From IMG/VR virus record IMGVR_UViG_3300020045_002072, positions 1 to 40,914 of that record: a stretch of DNA of 40,914 nucleotides; one strand, written 5' to 3'. Positions within the stretch are counted from its first letter, which is position 1. Each line of letters begins with the position of its first letter. This DNA is from a virus (Duplodnaviria; Caudoviricetes). Shown in pieces: positions 25,919 to 34,702 of the stretch. The translations under genes were made by a program, and so were the position numbers. The notes under the pieces are model-generated. The model was not told the DNA's origin and did not search any database. It saw nothing but the letters and a program-made list of their open reading frames with translations.

Positions 25919-26368
25919 ATGACTGTTTCAACCAATGCCGGTAATAAGTTCTATGTATCGACAACATCAACACCGCCAGCAACATATGATGCGGCAGGTT
26001 ATGGCGCATTAACGTATGCCGAAGTTGGGGAGATCACTGATCTTGGCACTCTGTCTGCTGAATATGCAGTAACAGAACATAACCCGATCGGTGATCGAAA
26101 TCTGCAAAAACTGAAAGGCACTCGCGACAACGGATCTCAAGACTTAACGCTTGGCTTTGATACTGTTGATGCTGGTCAGGTGGTAATGCAAGCTGCATTA
26201 CTATCTGACAGCGACTACCATTTTAAAATCGCGCTGAAATCTGGCGATACCGTGTTTTATTCTGGATTAGTCACAAATTTTAACATCGTTTTCGGTGCTG
26301 CAGACGACGTTGTTGGTGCTGAAACATCAATCGCCATCAATAAGCCGCGCGTTTACGATCCAGCCTAA
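25919..26368 (+). CDS. Major tail (tube) protein
   Basis: P.TYD.AGY.AL....VGE.TD.G, K.KG....G, D..DAGQ; precedes chaperone and tape measure genes. Confidence 0.87.
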   Translation: MTVSTNAGNKFYVSTTSTPPATYDAAGYGALTYAEVGEITDLGTLSAEYAVTEHNPIGDRNLQKLKGTRDNGSQDLTLGFDTVDAGQVVMQAALLSDSDYHFKIALKSGDTVFYSGLVTNFNIVFGAADDVVGAETSIAINKPRVYDPA

Positions 26369-26453
26369 TCCTAGCGGATAGCCTGCTAGTTGGCCTGTCA
26401 GCGGCTAGCGGGTTCTTTATTACTGACAGATTTAATTTACTGACAGGTGATTT

Positions 26454-26843
26454 ATGACATTCGATCTGGCAACATTAGACACGGCAAAAGTAGCAGAAGA
26501 AGGCGCGGAGTTACTCGTTGCGCATCCTGCCACTGGTGAAGAATTGGGCATTAAGATCTCATTGATCGGCATGGACTCGAAAACATTCCGTGACATTTCA
26601 AAGACTCGCGCCACCGCATCACTGAAAAAGAAATCACGTGATATTGATTTAGATCAAGGTGAGGTTGAGTCAATCGAGCTGCTGGCAAAATGCACCAAAG
26701 GATGGGAAGGCATCACAGAGAATGGGATTGAAGTGCCATTCAGCTATGAAAATGCCGTGAAGCTTTACGCTAAATACCTGTGGCTGAAAGAGCAGGTTGA
26801 TCGCTTCATTGTGGATCGCTCAAATTTTTTGCCGAGTGCGTAG
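26454..26843 (+). CDS. Tail assembly chaperone (gpG-like)
   Basis: HPATGE.LG..I...G.DS, W..I, WL.EQVD.F..DRSNFL. Confidence 0.85.
   Translation: MTFDLATLDTAKVAEEGAELLVAHPATGEELGIKISLIGMDSKTFRDISKTRATASLKKKSRDIDLDQGEVESIELLAKCTKGWEGITENGIEVPFSYENAVKLYAKYLWLKEQVDRFIVDRSNFLPSA
26822..26831 (+). other. Programmed -1 frameshift site producing the gpGT-like fusion
   Basis: In-frame A AAT TTT / T TTT TTG; the -1 frame is open into ORF 26855..27280. Confidence 0.8.
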
Positions 26844-26854
26844 AGTCGTGGAGA

Positions 26855-27280
26855 TTGTATGTTGCGCATCAGGCGTGGCTCGATACCGCGCCTGAACCAA
26901 GAGATCAGAAAAAGCCCAGCAAACAAAAGCCGGTTATCCGGCGTAAATCGCGGCATATCTCAGAGCAACAAAAAGAACCACCGGAAATCTACGCCACCCG
27001 ATTTTATATTGACGCGCTTTGGCAGGTTGGGCCTGCTGAGTTCGGCGGGTACGGAACCAAGCCGATAGGTTGGACTGAGCTGCAAAGCTGGAATCTGGCT
27101 GCTGAGTTAGATCTAAAAGGCTGGGAGCTTGAGACAATCCGTGATCTGAGCTGTGTTTATAGTTCTTGGTCTAATCAAGCAAGGTCACCCGATTGCAGAT
27201 CACCACTAGCACCAGCCGTGCAACAAAGCGCAGAAGACATTGAAAATAAACTGCTTAAACAGTTTGGAATTATGAAATAA
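26855..27280 (+). CDS. Tail assembly chaperone frameshift extension (gpT-like)
   Basis: -1 frame relative to upstream gene; PI.W.EL..W.......L..WE...I..L. Confidence 0.8.
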   Translation: MYVAHQAWLDTAPEPRDQKKPSKQKPVIRRKSRHISEQQKEPPEIYATRFYIDALWQVGPAEFGGYGTKPIGWTELQSWNLAAELDLKGWELETIRDLSCVYSSWSNQARSPDCRSPLAPAVQQSAEDIENKLLKQFGIMK

Positions 27281-27290
27281 GGGGCGTTAG

Positions 27291-30200
27291 ATGGCCGATA
27301 TTGCGCAACTAGGCATTGAAATTGACACGCGTAAACTCAAGTCAGGCGAGAAGGATCTCGCCTCTTTTGCAAATAGCGCAAAGACTGCCACAAGTGCGGT
27401 AATGGCTCTTGTTGGTGCGGCCTCTGTATCTCAACTTATAAAGATTGCAGACGGTTACGCGCAAATGGAAGCCAAGGTTTCCAGATATACAAAATCACAG
27501 ATCGAAGCTAATAACGTCCTGCAACAACTCAATGGTTATGCTAATAAATCAGGCTCTGCCGTATCTGACGCCGTGAATGTTTTTAACTCACTAACCGCAT
27601 CACTAGAAAGCGTTGGCGCATCAAAAAATCAAATCCTCACTGTCACAGAAGAGATCAATAAACTTGGCGTCATCGGTGGTTCTTCTGTATATGATATGCG
27701 CAACTCAATGCGCCAATTCGGGCAGTCAATGGCTGGAGGAATAGTTCGCGCAGAAGAATTCAATTCAATCATAGAAAACACACCTGAAATTGCACGCGCT
27801 ATTGCGGCAGGCATGGGTGTGTCTATGGGGCAATTACGGCAAGATATGCTTGCCGGAAAGCTAACATCTGACGCTGTATTCAAAGCTCTGCTATCTCAGG
27901 TTGGAACCACCAATGACGCATTTGCAAAAATGCCGCGCTCTGTCGCGCAAGCCATGGGGCAGATATCAAATAACTTCCAAGTCGTTGTTGGCGAGCTAAA
28001 TAAAACAACTGGCGCAACAGCAACGCTTGCGGCTGGACTTGATTCGTTTTCATCATCAATGCTGTCAGCTTCAAATTACACTGACGAGATCATAACTGGC
28101 GTTGAACTGCTGGCGTTGGCGTATAGCTCAAAGCTTGCTGGAGCTCTCGCCAATACCATAGCAACAAGATTACAGGCTGCTGCGGCTGATGCGCGCGGAG
28201 TCGCAAGCGCTAACGCACTGACGCTGGCAAATGTTGAGCTGGCAAACTCAGAGCTTGCAAAGGTACAGGCAAGCAAGGCTGAGTTGCTGCTTAATCAGCA
28301 GTTGTTGGTGTCTCAACTTCAATTGGCGCAAAGTGAAACCACTAGAAACGCGATCCGCCGACAACTAGCAGCAAATAGTGCTGCATTGGTTGCAACTGCA
28401 AGGCTTGAGCAAGCGGCTTTGGCTGGTGTTGCGGCAGCTAACGAGGCGGTGACTGTAACATCATATGCTGCAACGGTAGCGACAAGGGCTCTTAACGGAG
28501 CCATGTCTTTGCTTGGCGGCCCAGCGGGCGCGATCATACTGGTGGCTAGTGCGTTTATGTACTTCACCAGCAAAACGGATGACGCAGCTACTGCTGCGGA
28601 AGAGTTTACGAAGTCGGTAAGTATCACGCGTGACGCACTAAGTAACTTGACAACGATCCAGCGCCAGGCTCTGGAAGTGACGCTGCAACAAAATCTCGTT
28701 AAGCAAAATGAGGCTTATATTGAGCAGGCTAAAAACGTTTCATCGCTGCAAAAAGAGCTGAACAATTATTCATACTGGACTGACTCACAGAAACAGGCGT
28801 CAACATCCTACCTTGAGCTTCAAGATCGCATAACGCTAGCCACTGCCGAAATGGAGCGCAGAGAACAAGAGGCAAGCAAAACAAAATCGGCCCTGTACGG
28901 CGTACAGCAAACTCTTAATGGTAACGTGAAGGAAAATTACGTTGCCATGCAGAGCATGAACTCAATCACCGGAATTGCCTCAGGCATTCAAAATGTATTC
29001 ACTGGAACTCTGAATACTGGAAACCAAGCGCTAGCGACTAGAAACGAGTATGTGACAAGGTTAAACAATCTGACAACCAAGGCTGGTCAAGCGGCGCTAC
29101 TTTCCCTTGATCAACAGATAAAACTTGAGAATACACAAGGCGTAGCGCGCGCAAGATTGCAGGCTCAGTACGAGGCGGAGCAAAAAGGACTAACAGGCAT
29201 TGAGCTGCAAAAATACATCGCAAAAAGCGAAGAACTTTATAATATACAGCAGAAAAATGCACAAGCATCAAAAAGCGTATCATCTGCAAACGCAGGAACG
29301 GCATCATCGTATAAAACCGCAGCAAAAAGCGCAGAGGAATATGCACAATTCTCGCAAGAATTATCGAGATTAAACGCAACCGAAGCGCAGCAGATCCAAA
29401 ACTGGCAGGCCGATAAATTGGCCGATCTTGATTCATATCACGCACAGGGTCTTGTTAAGGCTGGTGAATACGAATTCGGCAAGCAAGCGATCATGGCGGA
29501 GTCAAACCGCCGCACTAAAAAGCTAAACGATGATCAGTGGTCTGAATACTTAAACGGATCATCTGCTGCATTACTTAAACTGAAACAGCAGGCGCAAACG
29601 CAACTCACTGGCCCAAAACAACAGGTCGTAGTTTCAGGTATCGACCAGAAATTAAAAGAGCAAACATTCTCCGGCCTGCCAACGATTGACGGCGGCGCTC
29701 AATCTAACGAGCAAAACCAGATCGCGCAGTTGCAGACGCAAACAACTGCAATGAATGATGCTTACAATCAGCGGATAGCAGACTACCAGCGGTTTAGGTC
29801 GCTTGAGGTCGAAAATGCGGCTTATTATGACTCGCAGATCCAAGCGTTAGAAGACAAGAAGAAAGCCAACAACGCAGCCGCACAATCAGCAATGCTTAAC
29901 CTGCAATTATCGGCAGGTGAAAGCATGGCGGCAAGCGCAGCCGATAGTTTCAAGTCGGTGCTTGGTGAGCAGTCCGCTGCATATCAAACAATGTTTGCCG
30001 TACAGAAGGCGTTCAGCATAGCACAATCAATGATCGCCATTCAGACTGGTATCGCTCAGGCCGCAGCATTGCCATTCCCTGCAAACCTTGGAGCAATGGC
30101 TACCGTAGCTGCTGCAACGGCTAATATCGTATCCAGCATTATGTCTATCGCATCACCTAGCTTTGACGGTGGCGGATACACGGGTAACGGATCGCGTTCT

Positions 30201-30494
30201 GGCGGGCTGGATGGTAAGGGCGGTTTCTGGGCAATGATGCATCCGCAGGAAACAGTTATCGATCACACTAAATCAAACAGCTCTGTAAGTTCAGGATCAG
30301 TTAGCGGCGGAAATGTAACCGTCAACGTCTCACTGCAAGAAACAAGCGACACAAGCAAGCAAGGAACTACGCAGCAATCAACAAACGATGACGGCTCAGT
30401 GCAGATCAATGTTTTCGTAGCTGATATTCGCAGTGAAGGAAGCATGGCGCAAGTGCTAGAAAGAACGTACGGCCTAACTAGAATGGGGGCATAA
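27291..30494 (+). CDS. Tail tape measure protein
   Basis: 1067 aa, A/Q-rich helical, Q..Q.MA.G..RAEEFNSI.EN, LLGGPAG, FDGGGYTG...HPQE.V. Confidence 0.95.
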   Translation: MADIAQLGIEIDTRKLKSGEKDLASFANSAKTATSAVMALVGAASVSQLIKIADGYAQMEAKVSRYTKSQIEANNVLQQLNGYANKSGSAVSDAVNVFNSLTASLESVGASKNQILTVTEEINKLGVIGGSSVYDMRNSMRQFGQSMAGGIVRAEEFNSIIENTPEIARAIAAGMGVSMGQLRQDMLAGKLTSDAVFKALLSQVGTTNDAFAKMPRSVAQAMGQISNNFQVVVGELNKTTGATATLAAGLDSFSSSMLSASNYTDEIITGVELLALAYSSKLAGALANTIATRLQAAAADARGVASANALTLANVELANSELAKVQASKAELLLNQQLLVSQLQLAQSETTRNAIRRQLAANSAALVATARLEQAALAGVAAANEAVTVTSYAATVATRALNGAMSLLGGPAGAIILVASAFMYFTSKTDDAATAAEEFTKSVSITRDALSNLTTIQRQALEVTLQQNLVKQNEAYIEQAKNVSSLQKELNNYSYWTDSQKQASTSYLELQDRITLATAEMERREQEASKTKSALYGVQQTLNGNVKENYVAMQSMNSITGIASGIQNVFTGTLNTGNQALATRNEYVTRLNNLTTKAGQAALLSLDQQIKLENTQGVARARLQAQYEAEQKGLTGIELQKYIAKSEELYNIQQKNAQASKSVSSANAGTASSYKTAAKSAEEYAQFSQELSRLNATEAQQIQNWQADKLADLDSYHAQGLVKAGEYEFGKQAIMAESNRRTKKLNDDQWSEYLNGSSAALLKLKQQAQTQLTGPKQQVVVSGIDQKLKEQTFSGLPTIDGGAQSNEQNQIAQLQTQTTAMNDAYNQRIADYQRFRSLEVENAAYYDSQIQALEDKKKANNAAAQSAMLNLQLSAGESMAASAADSFKSVLGEQSAAYQTMFAVQKAFSIAQSMIAIQTGIAQAAALPFPANLGAMATVAAATANIVSSIMSIASPSFDGGGYTGNGSRSGGLDGKGGFWAMMHPQETVIDHTKSNSSVSSGSVSGGNVTVNVSLQETSDTSKQGTTQQSTNDDGSVQINVFVADIRSEGSMAQVLERTYGLTRMGA

Positions 30495-30495
30495 A

Positions 30496-30954
30496 ATGAC
30501 TTTAGCGGTATGGCCTGAACAACTACCACTGCCGGAGCAATCCGGCTATGCAATCCAGCACGTTAGCCCGTTACAGCGAACTGAGATGGTGTCTGGTCGC
30601 GCAAGACAGCGCAGAATTTACACGTCCGTTCCGTCCATGGTCGCGGTTCAGTTTTTTTGCACTGAATTGCAAGCAATGGCTTTTGAAGCTTGGTTTAGAG
30701 ACGCTATAACAGATGGCGCGGACTGGTTCTTATGTACGCTAAAAACTCCGATCGGATTAAAGAAATATGAAGCAAGATTTTCTGGAATATACGAAGGCCC
30801 TGTTTTAGTTGCATTTAACAATTGGACGTTTTCAGCTACTATCGAGATCAGAGAAAGGGAGATAATGACTGCTGGATGGGGCTTATTCCCGCAATTTATA
30901 ACAAACAGCAAAATAATAGACGGCGCATTAAACAGAGAGTGGCCAAAGATTTAA
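30496..30954 (+). CDS. Distal tail/minor tail protein
   Basis: WP..LPLP...GY, RT.M.SGRARQRR, FEAWF......GADWF; directly after the tape measure gene. Confidence 0.8.
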   Translation: MTLAVWPEQLPLPEQSGYAIQHVSPLQRTEMVSGRARQRRIYTSVPSMVAVQFFCTELQAMAFEAWFRDAITDGADWFLCTLKTPIGLKKYEARFSGIYEGPVLVAFNNWTFSATIEIREREIMTAGWGLFPQFITNSKIIDGALNREWPKI

Positions 30955-30972
30955 CTTAACACTGAGGGATTT

Positions 30973-32844
30973 ATGACTACATATAATACGGGAAATCCGG
31001 TCGAATCAGCCGATCCGCTTGATCTTTATGATAACGCGCAAGATCTGGACGCAAGATTAAATAGCGATTCACCATCTACAACAAACAGACTTGGTGAGAG
31101 CGTAAAAACGTGGGCTGGCGCAATGATTGATGTCGATACTGCGATATCATCAATATCCTGGCTTTCCGCGTCGGGTAACCTTTTCGCGTCAACGTCTTCC
31201 GGCGTCTCTGCTACTACAAACGGACAATTTTTTTCCGTCGTGACAAGCGACTCAGATTACATTGACTTATACTTAAACTCTTCTGGAGTTGCAGTTTTTC
31301 AGAAAACGTACAGAAGCGTATCTGACGTTGATGATGCCGCAACTGAAATAACCAAAGTAATTCTAGACGAGCAAAATTCAGCGTCTTTCGACGACTCAGT
31401 GGCAAGCGGTGTGACTCCGATAGCTGTTGATAAATACTTAAATATCCTTCTCGGCTACAACAAGGATTCGGAGAAGATTGTAGGCAATGGGATCGAGAGC
31501 GTTAGCGAGATATTAGACGAGCAGAATTCAGGAAGCAGCACGTCTTCTTCCGTTATACCAGTATTAGTTGATGCAGACTTGAATGTCCTGCTAGGTTATG
31601 ACGTTGAGAATCAGCAGGTTATTGGGGCCGGAATAAACTCTGCCGCTAGCGGCTCCGATGGTGACTTGCCTTCAGGCATAAAACCTATCGCAAAGGCGAC
31701 CAACCATCTGCTGTCATATGGTCAGTCACTATCAATAGGCAGTCGCGGGTTTCCGGAAATATCAGTTAGCCAGCCATACGCTAACTTGTCGTTTTCTGGC
31801 GGTCCTCGCGCGGATGACGGGGTATTTACCTCAGCAGGCGCATTGATTGAGAATAGCGATACGTCTCCGCTAGGTGAAACCGTATGTTCAGGGGCGGCAA
31901 ATTACGCCTGCACTCTCGCTGCTATCGAAAACGGCATCAGTCCAGATTCACACGTTATTTTTGCTAGTGCCGCGGGCGTCGGCGGACAAAGTATTACGTC
32001 ATTAAACAAAGGTTCTGCTTATTACGACTCCAAGCTGCTTGCTCATGCTAGTGCTGCTCACGGCATTAATGCTGACCATGCTGTGCAGGTTGTGGCGTGG
32101 GAACAGGGCGAGGCCGACTTAGATGCAAGAATGACGAGAGGCGAATATTTATCGCACCTTCTAACGTTGCAGGAGGATAGCGAAATGGATATAAAGGCCA
32201 TTACTGGTCAAAAGAATCCGCCTTTCTTCGTCACATATCAAATATCATATGGCGCAAGAGCCCACAAAGACATAGCGCTCGCTCAGCTTGATGCTGTTAA
32301 AGCTAGTGATCGGTTTTATTTGTCAACTCCATGCTACATACTCCCGTATTACACAGATAACGTTCACCTGACGAATGTTGGGTATAAACTTTTGGGTTCA
32401 TACATCGGACGAGCATACAAGCAGCTTGTGATCGACGGAAGAAAACCAGATTATCTTGAACCAGTTTCCGCATCACTAAAAGATAATACAGTAACTGTTA
32501 AATTTAACGTTCCGGCATCGCCGCTGGTTTTTGATACTACGCTAATGGCAGCAACGGCAGATAATGGCTTTTGTGTAAAAGATGGTGTCGGGGCAATGCT
32601 AGGAATCGCTAGTATGTCAACAAGCGAAGACAGCGTTATCATTACACTATCATCAAACCCGTCTGGTGATGTGGTGGTAAGATACGCCCTTGATTATGTG
32701 GCTCCGTCGATAACCGCAGCAGGCTGTGGGTCTGGAAACTTGCGAGATAGCACAGACGATGTCGCTACAGTAAACGGTATCGATCATAAGCTTTTCCATG
32801 CTTGCCCACATTTTGAATTAACCGCTTACAAACTAGGGGAATAA
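30973..32844 (+). CDS. Tail fibre/spike with SGNH (sialate O-acetylesterase-like) domain
   Basis: Anchor MTTYNTGNPV.S.DP.DLYDNA..LD; catalytic blocks GQS, QGEAD and DNVH. Confidence 0.82.
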   Translation: MTTYNTGNPVESADPLDLYDNAQDLDARLNSDSPSTTNRLGESVKTWAGAMIDVDTAISSISWLSASGNLFASTSSGVSATTNGQFFSVVTSDSDYIDLYLNSSGVAVFQKTYRSVSDVDDAATEITKVILDEQNSASFDDSVASGVTPIAVDKYLNILLGYNKDSEKIVGNGIESVSEILDEQNSGSSTSSSVIPVLVDADLNVLLGYDVENQQVIGAGINSAASGSDGDLPSGIKPIAKATNHLLSYGQSLSIGSRGFPEISVSQPYANLSFSGGPRADDGVFTSAGALIENSDTSPLGETVCSGAANYACTLAAIENGISPDSHVIFASAAGVGGQSITSLNKGSAYYDSKLLAHASAAHGINADHAVQVVAWEQGEADLDARMTRGEYLSHLLTLQEDSEMDIKAITGQKNPPFFVTYQISYGARAHKDIALAQLDAVKASDRFYLSTPCYILPYYTDNVHLTNVGYKLLGSYIGRAYKQLVIDGRKPDYLEPVSASLKDNTVTVKFNVPASPLVFDTTLMAATADNGFCVKDGVGAMLGIASMSTSEDSVIITLSSNPSGDVVVRYALDYVAPSITAAGCGSGNLRDSTDDVATVNGIDHKLFHACPHFELTAYKLGE

Positions 32845-32845
32845 C

Positions 32846-33631
32846 ATGAGTCTTTTTACTCAAATAAACGCGGTGTCTAGCGACTCGACACTGACAAAAG
32901 TTAATGCTAACAAAATCCGATTTTTTGGAGAAGAGGAGAAGTCTGCTTACGCGCACTGGATTTTAGCGGGAGACTCAAGCAGTCTGGTTGATATTGTAAA
33001 TGCTAAAGCGCTAACTCCGCAGCAAGCCGAATTTGCTCCCAGCTACAAATACAATCATTTGTCGATTAGCTCAAAATACAACAAGTCATTAATGACGGAC
33101 AGATACGAGGGCGCTACTACTGATGCATATACATTAGCAATGGTGTGCCGCTTCCCAGTTCTCCCGGGTGGTGGAGCGGCTGTTGTTTTGTGTGGAAATA
33201 TGACCTATGGATTAGCAACAAATACCGGCGGTTCGCCGTACATGTTCTTGAATACAGGAACTGAAACAATGGGCCTCAATGAAACATTCAACGGCGCGCT
33301 GTCAGCTAGAGATACCGCGCTTGATATCACCAGGAATGTTTGGGTGTTTTTTGCGGTTTCAGTATCGTACCCAACACTTAATTCGCTACACCCAATTATT
33401 GCGCTGAATGCGGTTAATTATGACGCTGGTGTGCAGACTGGAGCATACCGACCAAACACGCTACAGCCACTTTCACTTGGTAATGTAGCTTATAATCGCG
33501 GAACTGACGCAGATGTCACTATTGATATCGCCGAGTCAATGCTTTTCAATAAAGCGCTTTCTAGTGCTGAATTGTCAGCTCTTTATTCTAGATCACAAAA
33601 AAGAATGAGTCGTCGAGGAATAACCATTTAG
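32846..33631 (+). CDS. Putative ConA/LamG-like lectin tail accessory protein
   Basis: W.F.AVS, LSLG and ALS.AE...LY pattern; adjacent to the esterase fibre. Confidence 0.6.
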   Translation: MSLFTQINAVSSDSTLTKVNANKIRFFGEEEKSAYAHWILAGDSSSLVDIVNAKALTPQQAEFAPSYKYNHLSISSKYNKSLMTDRYEGATTDAYTLAMVCRFPVLPGGGAAVVLCGNMTYGLATNTGGSPYMFLNTGTETMGLNETFNGALSARDTALDITRNVWVFFAVSVSYPTLNSLHPIIALNAVNYDAGVQTGAYRPNTLQPLSLGNVAYNRGTDADVTIDIAESMLFNKALSSAELSALYSRSQKRMSRRGITI

Positions 33632-33720
33632 TTGTAGTTGTTTTTAATGTCATCAACGGCGGAGTAAATAACTCCGCCAATTAAAACCAGAATGATTGTG
33701 ATAATTGAAACTGTCAGCAT
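33628..33720 (-). CDS. 30-aa single-TM peptide (not in track)
   Basis: AAAGGAGA RBS, MLTVSIITIILVLIGGVIYSAVDDIKNNYN*, own promoter. Confidence 0.7.
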   Translation of the reverse strand: MLTVSIITIILVLIGGVIYSAVDDIKNNYN

Positions 33721-33746
33721 GGTAAGTCTCCTTTGTTTGTTTTTTA

Positions 33747-33788
33747 ATTATACACATAAGCATGTGGATTTATTTGATCTGCATCAAG
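33747..33788 (-). promoter_or_regulatory. FNR-consensus box plus TATAAT
   Basis: TTGAT-N4-ATCAA (33774-33787), 20 nt from the 16-bp core to TATAAT (33752-33747). Confidence 0.65.
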
Positions 33789-33796
33789 GAATTCAA

Positions 33797-34285
33797 ATGC
33801 CAATAGTAGAAGTAACATACGCATCATCACCATCAAGCGACTTGCTAATACCAACGCTTGAGTTTAACAACGAGACAGCCGGAGTGATCCGGCTTTCCCA
33901 GTCTTTTAATGATGTAACCGCAACGACAGAACTCGCTGAAACAGTAATTTTTATAGAGTCAGCATGGGATGTTTCGCTACCTAATAAGGACGCAACGGGT
34001 CAGCAGACGCTGCAATTCCAGATCTGTAATGTCACTGGAGAGGCACAGCGATTTATCGATGATTGCTTAAAATCAGGCAAGCCGACAAGTGTCATTTATC
34101 GGGAGTTTTACGCTAGTGATTTATCAGCGCCGGCATCTACTCCGATCAAAATGACGTTGCGAGGTGGTTCTGCGGAAGGGATCGTTGTTGGCATTGAGGC
34201 TGGTTACTTTGACTTGTTGAATGTCGGCTGGCCTCGATTCAGATATACACCTGAATTTGCACCAGGTCTTAAATACTTTGAATAG
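33797..34285 (+). CDS. Minor tail/hub protein (DUF1833-like)
   Basis: YAS......I.TLE, LP......Q.L.F.I.NV.GE, YR.F...DL.AP, WPR.RY...FAPGL.Y; ATG 33797 with AAGGA RBS. Confidence 0.8.
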   Translation: MPIVEVTYASSPSSDLLIPTLEFNNETAGVIRLSQSFNDVTATTELAETVIFIESAWDVSLPNKDATGQQTLQFQICNVTGEAQRFIDDCLKSGKPTSVIYREFYASDLSAPASTPIKMTLRGGSAEGIVVGIEAGYFDLLNVGWPRFRYTPEFAPGLKYFE

Positions 34286-34679
34286 CCTCTCATGGTATCA
34301 CATCAACGCAAAATATCACCCACTTGCGGCTTCATTGCCGCCTTTGTTCAATTGTTGGTCTCTTGTTGTTGATATGCGCGTTAATCTTTTTGGATTGCCA
34401 TTACTTCCCCTGCATGGCGGTATTCACGCAGACGATAAGCGCGAGTTATCCAAAGCCGCAAGGTCAACTATCGATAGCCATCTGGTGGAATCAAAAATAC
34501 AAATAGGCGCTATTGCATCCGCTTATCGCGCATCGCTTTGCGTGCATGCAGGCATTGTAATTGATATTGACGGAAGGCTGCATATCGCTGAAATAGGCAG
34601 TAAAACAGGGTTCAGAATTCAATCTGTTGAACGTTTCGAGGCCAGCTACACAAAAGTACGGTATTATATCGATAGATAA
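34278..34679 (+). CDS. NlpC/P60-like tail assembly protein (gpK-like)
   Basis: NCWSLV and HAGIV motifs; probable TTG start at 34278. Confidence 0.72.
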   Translation: MNSLSWYHINAKYHPLAASLPPLFNCWSLVVDMRVNLFGLPLLPLHGGIHADDKRELSKAARSTIDSHLVESKIQIGAIASAYRASLCVHAGIVIDIDGRLHIAEIGSKTGFRIQSVERFEASYTKVRYYIDR

Positions 34680-34702
34680 AACCTATCAATCAGGCGGATT
34701 TA

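Noticed and set aside
26822-26831. Tail chaperone -1 frameshift as a novelty
   Set aside because: Well-known conserved feature of long-tailed phages; listed as a feature only
27629-30553. Several antisense ORFs within the tape measure and other long genes
   Set aside because: Shadow ORFs with no RBS or recognisable motifs
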